64,000 nucleotides of DNA from Tubiluchus corallicola (taxonomy: Eukaryota; Animalia; Priapulida). This document shows positions 1-13,600 of the stretch, one piece after another (position 1 is the first letter of the stretch; each line of letters begins with the position of its first letter). The stretch covers positions 1-64,000 of the forward strand of contig JAQGDQ010000660.1 in the NCBI GenBank assembly GCA_030141605.1, given 5' to 3'. The notes below the pieces were generated by a model. That model was not told the origin of the DNA, ran no database searches, and was given only the letters and a program-made list of their open reading frames with translations. Made by a program: the position numbers and the translations under genes.

Positions 1-45
1 TGTGGTGCTGGTATCAGTAACTTTCTATCTGTGTTTTGTTTGCAG

Positions 46-311
46 CGATGAACTGCAAACTGTGTTAGACGGAGCATTTTCAAAGCAAGCATGTATTGAT
101 GCATGCTTCTTCGGCGGTAATCCTTTTGCTGGATTTGTTTTGGGTGGTCAGTGCATTTGTGGAGTAATGTATGGACAACATGGGCCATCAAGATTACCTT
201 GTAATATTAAATGTCTAACTAAAACAAGTGAGACGTGCAGTGGGTTAGATGCCGATTGTGAAACATGTGGTGGTCTTCAAGAGAATTCTATAGAAGTTTT
301 CCAAACAAAAT
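46..311 (+). pseudogene. Duplicate copy of WSC exon 6 upstream of the gene start (orphan exon or part of an upstream paralog)
   Basis: Same sequence and splice sites as 14612-14877 (ttttgtttgcAG|C ... T|GTaagg). It lies 5' of the signal-peptide exon. Confidence 0.7.
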
Positions 312-419
312 GTAAGGTTTATTTTGTTTATTTTACATATTTGAATATGCATGGATAATGGAGAGATTAGTTAAAATCAAACTTAAACCTCACTATAATT
401 AAATTTGAACAACCGCTTT

Positions 420-731
420 TTTCGTTGCACGTAACGAATGACGTAATGAGTACAGTCACACGGTCACCAAAAATCGGTAAATGATAATCGGTAACCAAAG
501 GCACTTTCTGTACTACGTACGTTATTCTCACTCGCTCTTAGCGAAAATGCGAAACATGGCGATCTTTACAGCAATGTACGTTTACGAAATTTCCTAGAAA
601 AAGGTAAGTTATTTAATTTATGTCACTTTTGTTTAATAATAACTATGAATCGTGTTATGTGTAATTGCTTGTGTAATCATAATAATGCCTTAAAAAACTT
701 CAGTGTTTGTTGGGATAATATAGGCCTTTAA
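420..731 (+). promoter_or_regulatory. CpG-rich promoter-like segment or Kolobok-like DNA transposon end (second copy at 14986-15297)
   Basis: TGACGTAA (439-446), YY1-like AAACATGGCG (552-561), consensus donor AAG|GTAAGT at 603/604, ends AATATAGGCCT-TTAA (717-731). Confidence 0.35.
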
Positions 732-738
732 GTTAACC

Positions 739-1160
739 TCAAAATGCTGTAAGCAAAATGGTAACCAAGATGGTTATATGACAGACATAACCTTCAAGAC
801 AGCAAAAGTAGGAAGAAAATGTGAGAAAGCTTCCTGATAAAAGGACTACGACAACAGCGATAGAATCATTTATCCGAAACTCACACAGCATAGGTGATAA
901 CGTGTGAGAAGGTTTTTTGTTGTGTAGTTCAGGTTGGACGGTGAAAGAGAAAAGACTAACCTGGTGGATGATGATCACCTTTGCCTTTTGCCTCACCAAA
1001 CAAAACACGAAATGTTGAGAAATAATATAAATGACTAGCATTCATTACATATGACCATACACCACAAAAACATTACAGCATACAATCATTATGAGCAATG
1101 ATGAGAAGCAAGCTGGAAATCAGTATTAGTAATAATCACATTTATATTCCAAAAATCAAA
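739..1160 (-). mobile_element. Possible decayed LINE endonuclease N-terminus (also in the copy from 15305)
   Basis: Translation [10 protein letters not shown]...CLEGY loosely resembles the APE endonuclease motif LTETWLNDSI...LPGY. Confidence 0.3.
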
Positions 1161-2815
1161 ATAATAATAATAATAATTAAAAACGTTAGTACACGTTGAA
1201 TAATTTATTATACATCTAATAAAATAAAAGAATTTTATTCTGAGCTGGTAGAACGGACAATATTAAATTTGGTTTCGATATTAATGTTGTTGAAGTGAAA
1301 AAACCACTTTTTTGCGAATTCAACATTTGTTTAAGGTATATCATTTTTGATTTTTTCTCACTTCACAAACAGGCGATCCGTTTCACTACCTCTTGGGCAA
1401 ATAATTGTTTTCTTATAAGTAAAAGTTCTAGCAATCTATGTGTCCTACATGGGCTAGCGAGCCATGTAGGACAGTGCCCTACATGTTACAATACTACTGA
1501 TAATATTAAAACTAATTATCCTTGCTTTTCTTAAATGTTAAAAATTACTTTTTGGTGTTGAGAAGGCTTAGCAGCATCTGTCTTATTTTTAAATTTGCAA
1601 TTATTTCTGTAATAACTGTGTGCAGAATTTCTCTCTTTAAAGCATTAGATACTAGGTTTATGTTATGATATATTAATGTAGTTAATCATAATGATGAAAT
1701 TATTGTAAGACATGCATTTGTAAATTGCCAAGGAATATCCATTTCTAAAAGACATTTTGTTTTATGTTTTATTATGTCATAACAATACTTATAAACAAAT
1801 TCTAGTTCAGTGAACGAGTTACAAAAGTCATCGCAAAACAATACCTGCGTACTGCATGCTGAGTTAAACACCTGGTCAAACAAGTTTTCATGGCGGAAAA
1901 CTGACGACAACTCAACCAACAAGCACAATTTTTAATAAAATGAAGAAACTTTCACAGAATTTTCAAAAATTTGACAAAATTACAGATTCTCGACAAAAAT
2001 CGCTAGTGTCCTACTTGGGCTGCCCATGTAGGACACTACTTTTAGCGCATCAAGTGGTCTACTTGGCGCAGTGGTCCAAACGGCTCCCAACAGTCCTTAA
2101 CTGTTTCATTCAGTGGTTCTCAACCTTTTTTGACAGCGGTCCATTTCCAGAACCCTACATCATATCACGACCCAACGAAGAACATAATCACGTGTACTAG
2201 TAAACATCGTTATCGTTTGCATTTATTAATTTTAACTTACTAATCAACAGATTATTGAACAGTGAGTGATTGTTTCAGTAATTAATTAATGTGATGATTG
2301 TGCCTGCTTTTCAGCAACCAGTTTTGCAATGCGTGGCTCATCACCAGTATTCTGTCCAATTATGTTTTAAGCTGACATGCAATCAACAAAATAATGTAAT
2401 GAGCTGAACCACTTAAATTTGAAGGTGCCAATGTATAAACACGTGTAAAATCCGAAAGAAGTGAACGACCCTCGGTCCAAGGGATCAAAGTCAGTCTATC
2501 AGCCTTTTGCCATCTGACCTGGGAAATCCTGATTTTAATTTCTTTTTTTAAGCAAGACATTTTATGGATCCATATTGTATGGTAATTCCAATATGTTTGA
2601 ATGGATATCAAAATGCAACATGTTGTTCATGGGTTGGTATTTCTATTAAATACGATAACTCCTAAGTTTCTTGTTTTAAATCATGTCTGTTTATAGGGTT
2701 AATATTGATATTCATGTGAAACGAGATATAAATTATTCCTATGAAGTTCATGTGATCGTTGCCATTTTTGTAAGTTTCGGGCTTTTTTCTCGGGTGAAAA
2801 TAGCGAGAATGCCGC

Positions 2816-3677
2816 CAGGGGCGTCGTGCACGAAAAAAAATTGGGGGGGGGGGCGGCCCGACTGTATGTAATGGCGGAACTTAACTGTTTAAAAAACGTA
2901 TAATTTTGAATTCCCACACAGTATTTTGTGTGCAAGAAAAACGATTTATTTATTCCCAACTGGCATTTAACTTAAAGCTATAGCAACGGAAACTTAATTA
3001 AAATTAAAATTTAATTAAGTAATTATTAGCTGTCAGGAATTCAAAGATTCGGTGAAAAGACCTAGTAGGAGAAAAATGATGAAATGTGCTCAAATCATGC
3101 CCTTTTATGCAGCAAACTCGTGGGAAAGAGTCGCTAAGGAGTAGCAAAGAGTCAGTAATGTCCAATCAGGAGGTGGCTCATCAATTTGTATCTCCCAAAC
3201 GGACTCTCTGGTACTAGGCTAGCTCGACAAACTGATTCTCTGGTACTAGGCTAGCTCAACATGACTTCAATGTTTGCATTGTTTTTGCTTTATTATTTCC
3301 ACTTGTTCACTATTATAACACACTGCTGAATGAAGCTCGAGTGCTAACTGAGCCGTTTTGTTAACTAACAGTCTTTTGTGCAAAGACGCTAATGCTACTC
3401 AACGAGCTGCTTTGTTAACTGTTCTTGCCTGCCTCCTGAATAGATTACATGCAAACAAATTAATTACATCCTGACTTTCAGGTAAACACATCTGGTCAGG
3501 CACGTATTAGCAGTCAGAATAATTTAACTCGGCGACAAACTTTAATGATAAAAAATATTGGGCTACTGTACCGAAACGCTCATACTGTTCGCATTTATGG
3601 AGCGCTGGCCCGCTATTGTGTGTCAAAAAGTCGGAAATAAATTTGCTTACCGTTACCCCTATAGCACGACGCCACTG
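2816..3677. mobile_element. hAT-type non-autonomous element (MITE), 862 bp
   Basis: Terminal inverted repeats CAGGGGCGTCGTGC / GCACGACGCCACTG with a perfect 8-bp TSD AATGCCGC (2808-2815, 3678-3685). Confidence 0.9.
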
Positions 3678-4616
3678 AATGCCGCAAGAAGTTCACATGA
3701 CTTGTTTGTGCATGTCTAAAGACTCTTCCATGCAATAAGGCAAATGTTGCATCACATTTGCGCAAGTATAATGTGGCATTTTACGACATTTTCACAAAAT
3801 TTTTGCAGGACAACTTCACAAAATTTGTGGGACAACCGAAGTTTGCAAAATGCTGCTAAAATGTGGAAAAATAGTCACAAAATCATTGCAACATTCTCAA
3901 AAGGGTTGTAGCTGTTCGCCAAGATTTTGTGGATTTTGAAATTGTTACGAATGGTTGGGACAAATTTGGGAATGTTTGGGCACATGTTACGACAACTTTG
4001 CGACAGGATTGTGAAGTTTTGTCAAAGTAGCAAGTTTTGTGGCTCCGTCGGCAAATTTTAAACATTTTAAATTTTTTTCGAGCACCCATGAATGTTTTGC
4101 AACTGTTTGGCAAACATTTGGCACACAATAGTGAAGCTCAGGTGATCAATTGAACATCAGGAACATCCAAATGATGGCCTCACCGGCAAGTTATCAAGTG
4201 CAAAATGAAGGAATGCATTTATTAATAACTTGTGTAAATTAATTAAAATCAGCATAGCAATCAGGTGGTCTCTCAGTGAAAATAACAATTCATGTCAGTG
4301 TAGAAAGTCCATTGTTTTTGGTAGTCTACATGTATGTTAATCTTCTGACCTGAAAACTACCATCCATGACAATACAGAAAATACATTTTTGCAACAGTCA
4401 TCATGTACATGTATATCGATCATATTGGGGCAATTATGCACTTCTCCTAGAGGCTCTCTAGTTGTTTATTTTTTCCTGATTTTTGCATTTATAATATAGC
4501 ATTGAGAAACTCCAATGAAATGTTTTTGTTTTCAGGATGATAATAGGGCCTTATATTCATGATGGACTTGTTTAGAAGATAAACAACCAGAGGATAGAAA
4601 AGTGAGGTTAAATATA

Positions 4617-4680
4617 ATGTACTACTTGTGGGTACTTTCCTTAGTTGTCACCGCTAATTTCCTATTTCAATTATCACGAG
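4617..4680 (+). CDS. Exon 1: signal peptide [21 protein letters not shown](G)
   Basis: ATG 4617 with an upstream in-frame TGA (4560), hydrophobic core, phase-1 donor GAG|GTAAGT. Acceptor ttttgttttcAG| at 4535/4536 implies an upstream non-coding exon. Not in the ORF track. Confidence 0.8.
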
Positions 4681-7600
4681 GTAAGTTGCAGTTGGATAAT
4701 ATATGTTAGCTGTGTGAAATTCTTGTACGTTGCATTTTACCGCTATTTGGCTGTATTTAATTTTTATGAAAGCCATATTGAGTCAACTAACTGCAGACAA
4801 GTGCACTGACTTAGTGAGAACGACTAAAAGGAAGGTGGCATCTGCGGGCCTCATCCGGTTTGTAGTCATTTCACTAGTGTAATAAATGAGTAACAGTGAC
4901 AAAGCTAAGGAAGGGCGGAGAAGGCGGTCCGCCGCAGGCATCACTTTTCAAAGGGTGGCATTTTGATCACGTGCAATGAAAAGATTGTTTCTGTCAGGAC
5001 AGTAGAAAAGCAAAATACCTGACGATTTATTTTCACGCAAAAATAGTGCTTGCAGGATTTGCAAAGATGAAATATTGTTGTAATATTTATAACACAGTTT
5101 GTCTTTGCTTTCAAATTATCCGAGTGGTACACATTTTGAGTTAACACATTTATAATCATGCTTGTAGCTGCTAGCTTATCACACATTAGTTTACATAAAG
5201 TTTCCCCAATTTTTAACTCTGTATTTTTTTTTAGTCACTGGTATTTGGTTTGTATAACACTGATGTTATTGGAGATGCATTATCATTATTGTGTACTAAT
5301 GATTGTAATTCAGTGGCTTCTTGGCTTACCAACGTAATTTAAGTTTTTGAATATCACCACAGAATGTGAATTAAAAATGTATCTTCATTTGCATAATGAC
5401 TTGTGGCTTTATTAACCAACCTCAGCTTTATCTTTGAAATATTTTAATGACATTAAACTCTTCCTTTACTTCAGTCATTGTTACAATGTTCAAAATTTCC
5501 TGTTAAACACAGTGACGTCTTAGAAGCCACTACAGAATGGTTTTCAACTATCCTTATAATGCTCTTTTCTGCGTTAACATCTGAAGAAGTTCTTAAGCAT
5601 CATAACGTTTGAGTTTTGAAACATATAGGGAGAGTTTGTTTACAAACCGACTTTTTAATTTTTTTATGGTAATACTTTATTAAATTTATCAATTTATCTC
5701 TATCACAACTGCGAGGTAACACTACTAAATTTTACAAAACTAAAATTTTCCTTTTTGTTTCTGGGTAAACCAAATTCAAGTGCCACAAACTCTTGCTACG
5801 CCAGTGATGGGTAACCTTTTTTCATCTAGGTTGCTAGGTAGGAAGGTACACTACTAAATTGTTCAACTTTCTAAACATCGAAATAAACCCATCTATCTGT
5901 TTCACCAGGCAGCATTTTCAAAAAGTTGTTCAATGTTAAAAACAATCTTGTTGGTTTCACTTTTTTACAATAAATAATAAAACTAAAAATCGAAGTTTCG
6001 GACAACAGCCCCATTAATTCTGTTACACAATATGTTACGTAGTCAGAACAATAGAATCTGTTTTAAAGTAGAGAGGAACTGCGAAACCAATAAGCAACCA
6101 AATAATAATGCCAAAAATTTATCAGAATATACAACTACTTTTATAGCCGAACATTGAAAATTAATTTCTGCATAGAAGACTAATATTGTCTACACCACAG
6201 CAAATAACATCTGGATCTCATTATAAATTGTAGTGTAACAGTGATTATGCTCTACATTTCAGAAATGTCCAAGTCAATTTCCGATTGTTCGCCTCAATTT
6301 CAGTCATTGTGAAATTAAGTTCAAATTTGTCCAAGTCAGTTTCAAACTGTTGCAACTCAATTTCAGATTTATTTTATGTTGTAGGTTATTGTGTTTAATC
6401 TGTATTATATAATTAAATTTTGATAATTTGATTAAGTTTACAATTTGCACTCACAAGTTCGTGAAGCGGATCAGGATTAGGGTTAGCATTAGGTTAGGGT
6501 TTATTTTGGGTTTTGGTTAGGGTTAGAGCTACAGTTGGGGTTGGGGTTAGGGTTAGGGTGTTTCTGGCAAAAGCTTCAGGTAAGTTATTATAAAATTTGC
6601 AGTGATTAATAACAACTCTTCTTTTATACTCTTTAGTTTAATTGAAAGTGATTTGGATATTGCTGAAATTGATCTGAAAATGGTGAACACAGTACCAGCA
6701 GTGTTTTAAAACTTAGGAATAAGATAAGAAAGACAAAATATGCATTAAATTCACAATAAAATAATCTAATAAGCACTCATCATGAAATCTGTGTCAATCG
6801 ACAATTTTATTAAGCCTGTGAAATTATTACTACGCATTGCCAATGATTTTAGCAGTCTTATAACTATTATCTTACTTTTTTTCAGGAGATTCTAGGGGTT
6901 GCTTTCATGGATCCCTTGCAGTCCAATATGGCCAGTCTGATGATTGTATATCATTGTGTTTTGAGAAAAGCTACCCATATGCGGGTATTAGGCAAACTGC
7001 TTGTCTCTGTGGTAATGAATATGCAATGTCTAAAAGGGGCGGAGTATGTAGATCTTGCCCTGGAAATGTGGTTTGTGGAAGACAAGATTCATATGCTGCA
7101 TATACAACTTCATGTAAGTTGATAAGCCCGTTCCAAATGTTAGTTACAAACTTTTGATAAGCCCAATCTAAATGTCAGTTACATTTTTAACAAATCTGAT
7201 AATTTGTAAAAGAAATATTAACATGGAGTTGTCTGTAACTGATTGTCTTTTTAGTAAAAATATAAGTTCCTTGTTGCCAAATGTACGTGTGCCAATTTCC
7301 CGACATTAATGCCATATTGCCGGTATTTTTCGCACAAACCCGCACTAATTACTTTTGTAAACTGAACTGACCCTGAAATATTTGGTAATTCAAGGATAAG
7401 ACTTTTGAAATTTGAAAGTAATTTGGGTATGCCTATTTCTTAAGCAATGGCACAATAGTCAGCAAAACTTTTACGGTAGCCATTTACGAAAGACGTGCTG
7501 TACAGTCATTGTCAGTAAATAGTTTTTTGGTTTTATTTTTCATTAAGCTTATAAAAATCAGAGTAGCTATACAGATCAATTCCTTTGCAAGAGTAGCTAT

Positions 7601-10600
7601 AAAATTTTTAATTATCTATAAATTTTTGGTCCTTGATTTTACTTCTTGTACACTTTTTTTAGTAAAATCACAAAAAAGTTTTATAGAATCTTGTATAATA
7701 GGCTTCGTTCCCAGTAAAGACATCAGTGCCTTTTTCTGGAATGTACGAAATTTTAAATAATATCTGATTTAGTGCTTTTTTGTACCAAGTGAAAAACCTG
7801 CAATATTTCTTAAAATTATGGAGGTTTGGCTTACTCTTATTCTATGATTCTACGTGAACAGTGTTGGTGCATCCAGAATTGCACATTGCAAAGTTTACAG
7901 TAAGACATTTCGAACATTAAAACCCAAGTTTCCTCAAAGGTAACACATACCTGTACCATTGTCAGTTGATGCGCTGCTGTCGTCAGGTCTACTAAGAGAT
8001 GATTAACAGTGTTAGAAGGTTGGCAATGTTTTTTCTACCAAATGTCCAAATATAGGCTGCAGAATCTTATTAAGTGCAATATGCACCCCTATTCTGTTTG
8101 CTGTGTACCCATATGCTTTTGTTTGCATTGTCTAGCACTGTAACCTAGTGGATGGTTCTATTTCGGACTAAGGGGATGTTCCATCTCATTCTGCTCTTAT
8201 TTTGTACAATTTTATTTTCATATAGCAATTGGTGGAAAATAGTTTGGGATATCCATGTACTTGAATAAGCTGCCTCTTAATGTGCAAAGCAGTTCATTTC
8301 TCTTAACTATGTTTTCAGACAGCTAGTTTTACCATATATCTTTCTCTCTACACTACAGGTCAATTTCCTTACACCTTTGGTTTCTATGTAACAAACCCGT
8401 AAATAATAATTTTTCATGTACCATGGTACCTAAAAACTTGTTGTTGTGTGTGTAGTTTGTCACACTGAAGATGACTGCTAGACTCTGCAGTTGAAACATT
8501 TGGCCGTGTTTTTCTCATCCAATGTATTCATTATTTAATTGCATTTAGGATACGGATCACCCCAAGTATGGCTAATGGTTACTCAAGGTAAGGAACTATG
8601 TTTGGAAGGAGAAGATATAAATACATGCCCAGATAAAATTCTTAAAACATAAACCAAGGTTACATCAACGTTTTATTTACATTTAGTATGGGAAAGAGAA
8701 GCCCTGTCATTCAGAGGTTGCTGGAAGTATGCTACTAAGCCTCATCTTGCAGAAAAGACATTTACGTCTGGATACGCAGTGGAAAAGCAAAGTCATTGCC
8801 TAAGTGCTTGTAAACGTTGGAATAACCAATTTCCATGGCCATTAAATTTGCCTTCAGTTTTTATTGCTTATTCAAAAGAATCAGGTTGCCACTGTGCTAG
8901 AACACCAAATTTTTTAAAATCTTTAACAAGTACTCCTAATGCTTGCACAAAGTGTGTCGGCCAAGAAGCAATCTGTGGTGGAACAGGAAAGGGCACAATG
9001 ACAGTGTTCACTAGTAGAGGTAAGTTTGGGAAAACATTTTCTATAAACTGAACCATAACACTGCAAAAAATGCTTTGACTTATGTATCATACTGTCGTGA
9101 CATTCTGCTACTGCAGTGGCATAATGTAACTACTTCCGGATGGATGCATACATTTACCTATTATCTGTGATCGGTAAAATGCAAAGCCTTATTAGCTAAA
9201 CTTTCCACCTGCCAAATTTACTGCAATTTAGAAATGCAGCTACCATCATACAAATAATTCGTATAAAGACAAATTAAATTTGCTTTCTTGCTTTCTTTGT
9301 TTTCAGTTTTATGTAAAGTCACTAACATGAAACACCAAAACCGCACAGATTTAGGCAAAACAAACTATTTTATTGAAAACAGTAAAGAAGTTTCATTAGC
9401 TAAAGGTGGTAATGTTACAGCTGGTTTACAACAGGGAAGCCCAGATTGGCGGAGGATAACAATTAAGTAGTAATGCCTACGTCACAAGTAGGATGTAACT
9501 AATGTGACAGAGGGGAGTGTTAGCACAATTGAAGCCATGGTGTTCTTACATTTATACGAGTTTTTTTGCAAGCTAATGGATGTACACATTTCACTTTGCG
9601 CTTCAACAGCTTTGTACAGTTTTGGATGTGAAGTAATAAATGTATGAAACTCTTTGCCATTTGAAGTAGTAAATGTCCCTAACTTAACTACTTTTAAAAC
9701 TCGCCTCCACAGCCAGCTTTACCAAAACTCATAATGTTTTTTTTGTTTATGCATATGTATATATATATATATATATATATAATTTTGTACTTTCTGTTAA
9801 TTATTATTGTCATAGGTACCTAAAGTTTAGTACTAATGCTTACACTTACATTATTGTCTGTATGATACGCTGCACTATGTTGTCCCCTTCATACGGGACT
9901 ACTTTGGGTAATTTAAATTATTGTATTTTGGTTATTGGAATTTTTGGTTGCCAGTTGAGCTACATTTACCCATACATGATAACAACAATAATAATAACGG
10001 CAACTCAGCGTCAACGCAAATGTTGATCTGCCGTACGACACAGCACTGACCAGCGAGCAGTACATGTACTCTGACAGACTTTATGTTACATATGTATAAC
10101 ATCCACTCAGTTTATCAGTTATGGAATAATTAAAACTCAGGCTCTAATATTATAACGAAACAGTGAAATTAATTTAGGTAATAGTTCACTTTATTGGATA
10201 GCTCAGTTCCATATGAAAAGAAGAAATTCTTTGAAAAAGTCCATGTTCCTACATTTAGTATGGTAATGACTTTAGTGCTTCAAATTATTTCAGTTTCATG
10301 GTATAACATTAACTTACATTAATAAAACTAATTAATAAGAAGTGCAGATAGACAAATTTAGTATATTGATAAGTTTTTGTTTTACTATAGGGTATCCAGA
10401 AGATTTCATTGGTTGTTTTCAATACCATGAACCTGATCACTATTGGCCAGTTATTAATGACACTGTAGTAGAAAGTGGTGGAGTACTAGCATGCCAAACT
10501 TTCTGTGGCGAACTTGGATATTTATATGCAGTTGTGTACAATACTCCGGTTAGCGTGAATGTATGGAAGTATGGTTGTAGATGTGGTAATGGTTTTCCAG

Positions 10601-13600
10601 TTACACGATTTTCCACAAGCTGTAGAGAAATGCCCGGGCTTGATGCTGTTCTTGTGTATGGTACAGAAAGTGAGTAAATTTTGTTTGTCCTTGGATATTT
10701 ATAGTCCATAGTTTTGCACCTGTTTGTCTTAAAAACAGTCAAGCACTGAGTATAAGTAAATGTGCACATTTTTTTTATACTATCCATGATCCATGTAGTG
10801 TTTTGGTCAAATGTGTGTCATAGTGTTTATCAAATTGCCAATGTTTTAAAACTTGATTTACCAGATGTGTCGATCATTTAAAACTTGTCACGCGGATTAA
10901 TATGGCTCTCGAAAATGCACTATTAATGCACAAATAATAACATTATTGTGACAGAATGATGTTATCCTCAAAGAAAAGGAAGGGGGACATCAACGGATTT
11001 ATAAAAAACAGGAATAACTAAACTAAATTGTCTGATATCATTGGAACTGAAGTGAAAGCTTTTTTCTGGTCTTTACAATAATTAATCAGGCTTCGATTTC
11101 ATTACTTTGGTTGACTATGCAATTAGTATATTCATTAAACCACTCCCCAGATCATAAGATGGTTCTGTAGAATGTGCAAGTCTACATTTTACACTAAGTC
11201 TTGTAATCATGCTTACATAAGTGCTTCTACACAAGGAAAAATAATCAAAAGCCTAATATGATATTTCTTATTGAGTTCTGGCTTCTATAGTAAAACAGCC
11301 CTGCATTTTGCTCTCATGTGTTAAAAAATGTACCCAAACTTGTACCTACTATCTTTTTTATTTAGTTGGTAACCAGTTCATTCAACAGTCAGCAAACTCT
11401 TCTGTGCATCCAATCAATTGCTTTGCATAATACATGCATCTTCAATTTCAACTCTAAGGCCAATCTAAATAACTTTGACGCATATGGCCTGCAAAGACAA
11501 TCCATTGGGATGGATTGCAACAAGACACTACCAAAAATTTTGATCTTAGAGAACTGTAGAGTCCTGCTAAATACCAGATGTTTTCTATTTAATCATTTGG
11601 CATTATATCTTCAAAATTTCTGCTGGCAAGTCAAATCAAGCTGTCTCTGGGCAATTTGGCCTTGACATACTTTACCTTGACATTGATAAAATTGAAATCA
11701 ATATTAAGTCTTCAAAAATATTGTGTATTTTATTGCAGAGTTGCTGTGGCCAAGTCAGTAAAAGGTGGCACATTGGTAGTGGCAGTCCTCACGTATCTTC
11801 ACTTGACCTTGACCTGTAGCACGGTCTTGTATAAGGCACTAAGCTGTTTTTATCTCAAAAGTAACTGATTAACTAAGTCAAAGCAACTCTGCAGTAAAAT
11901 ACATACTGTTTTCGAAGGCATTATTTATCTTTTTTGGCAATAATTACAGATAGTAATAGGCATGTTAGCAGCTGAAAAATATACCGTACTTACAAAAAGC
12001 GTCACCAAGCACTTTGTTCTTGGCTTTGAATTTGGGCTTGAAGATCAATAATGTCTTATCGTACATCCTGTTTTGCATTAAGCTTGGCTGCATTTAGTGA
12101 AACCATAATTCCGCGTGTCACTAGAACACACAGTGTCATTAAGCGGGATGTGTTGTACATTTTCATTTTCATGGATTTTTATTTGTTTTTAATTTTTTCA
12201 GAGTGGATTAATGCTCCAGTTGGCTATATGGGTTGTTGGACATACAATAAAAAGTCAGTATTGCCAGTAGTTATTTTTGTTAATTCTTGTTTTAGAGAAT
12301 GTATTATATTTTGTTTTATCAAATGCTTTCTTTCGTAAAGGATTATAAACCATTAACGTGGAATGACCATTAACAAATGCCCTGCAAAGCGGTTACACAA
12401 ATTCTCAAAGCAGGATTGACCTGGATGCATATATGCTGCTCATCTCCAAACACAGGAGAATTACTTGTCAAATTTATTCAAGCTTAACAGTGATTGAGCA
12501 TAAAATGATAAAACAACTCTAGAATTCGTTAATTAATTATGACTATGAATGCCAGAATTTTTATGAATCATTCCATTTATTTGAACAAGTATTACCCATC
12601 GTGGGTAATAAGTTGGAAAAAGGTGATACTGGAAAATTGTGGACTAGTTGGCACTTGAACCCAAGACCTAGGAATTATACTCCCTTTAACCAGCTGAGGT
12701 ACTAGTTAAGCTAGAGATTTCCTCCTTGCAGCTCACAATCCAACAGTGCCACCTGTACACATGGCAGTAGGAGAATACTTATGGTATCAATAGTTTCCTA
12801 AATTAGTTGGAAACTAACGGTACAATTAATTAATTATGACTGTTTGTGTACTAATTATGACGATTCATACTTAATTAATGATACGTTAGTTGCCAGCTAA
12901 TTTGGGAAAGTATTGACACCAATTCAAGAAATTTTCATTCAGATCTAAACTTGGGCAAAACTGGGTGCCTTAATAGGAACAGAAAGGTTGTGCGATTAAA
13001 AAGTTAAAGAAGACCGGACAGATGTTTAGACTCAATTTCATTTTAATTTACTTCCAAAATATACATTTTTTTGCCTATAAAAGTTAACAGTTGTTCCTTA
13101 TTTTAAATAATTAGCTTAGAAAGTTAATTAACGGCAATCGAACACAGCTATTGCTTACGTCAAAAACTAACCACAATTTTTGCAATGGCAGGCGTCTTCC
13201 CTTGCTTGTCAAGCACATTTGCATGGGTGTTACAGTACTGCCTAACCGCATGATGTCATGGAAAATGGGCTTTGCATCATATAACGTCATGAAACTAATA
13301 CAGCAGTTCGTGATCATGGTTATCACGGTACCGCCTCCTATTTATCGACCACGCGTTCGTGACAAAAAGGCACCGCTGCCAATTTTAGTAGGTTCACTGA
13401 ACCACGCGTAGCTTGAAGTTTACTTAAATTGAGTATACACAGTAATTATTATTTTATCTAAGCTTTGACTTACAATAAGCTAGTGTAGTTTTCAATATTT
13501 TAGAGCATTCTTTATTCTGAACTCGTGTTTACACAATCATCCTTTTGCTTTATGTTTTCCTCTAACATAAATTAGACGATCACATTTATGCTCTGGGTAT

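Larger units (their letters stand above)
1..1163. repeat. Segmental duplicate of 14567-15729 (left end outside window)
   Basis: Matches 14567-15729 at offset 14566. Both ORF-track proteins in the segment (118 aa +, 100 aa -) are identical between copies. Identity stops after ...tattccaaaaatcaaaata. Confidence 0.95.

Noticed and set aside
4941-5186. Minus-strand Cys-rich ORF as a host gene
   Set aside because: At best resembles a piggyBac C-terminal Cys-rich remnant (CKSC...FC...CF); no supporting exons or termini.
6477-6558. Telomere or chromosome-fusion scar
   Set aside because: Short and degenerate; such GGTTAG tracts are common inside non-autonomous transposons.
12254-12480. Read-through of exon 5 (…[13 protein letters not shown]) and a downstream MTINKC motif as a second half-WSC
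   Set aside because: Stops in all frames after the 12340 AG. The GTCAGT donor at 12254 joined to 14612 gives a cleaner complete domain.
12640-12705. Functional tRNA gene (also 19518-19581)
   Set aside because: Only decayed A/B boxes; no complete cloverleaf, so treated as SINE heads.
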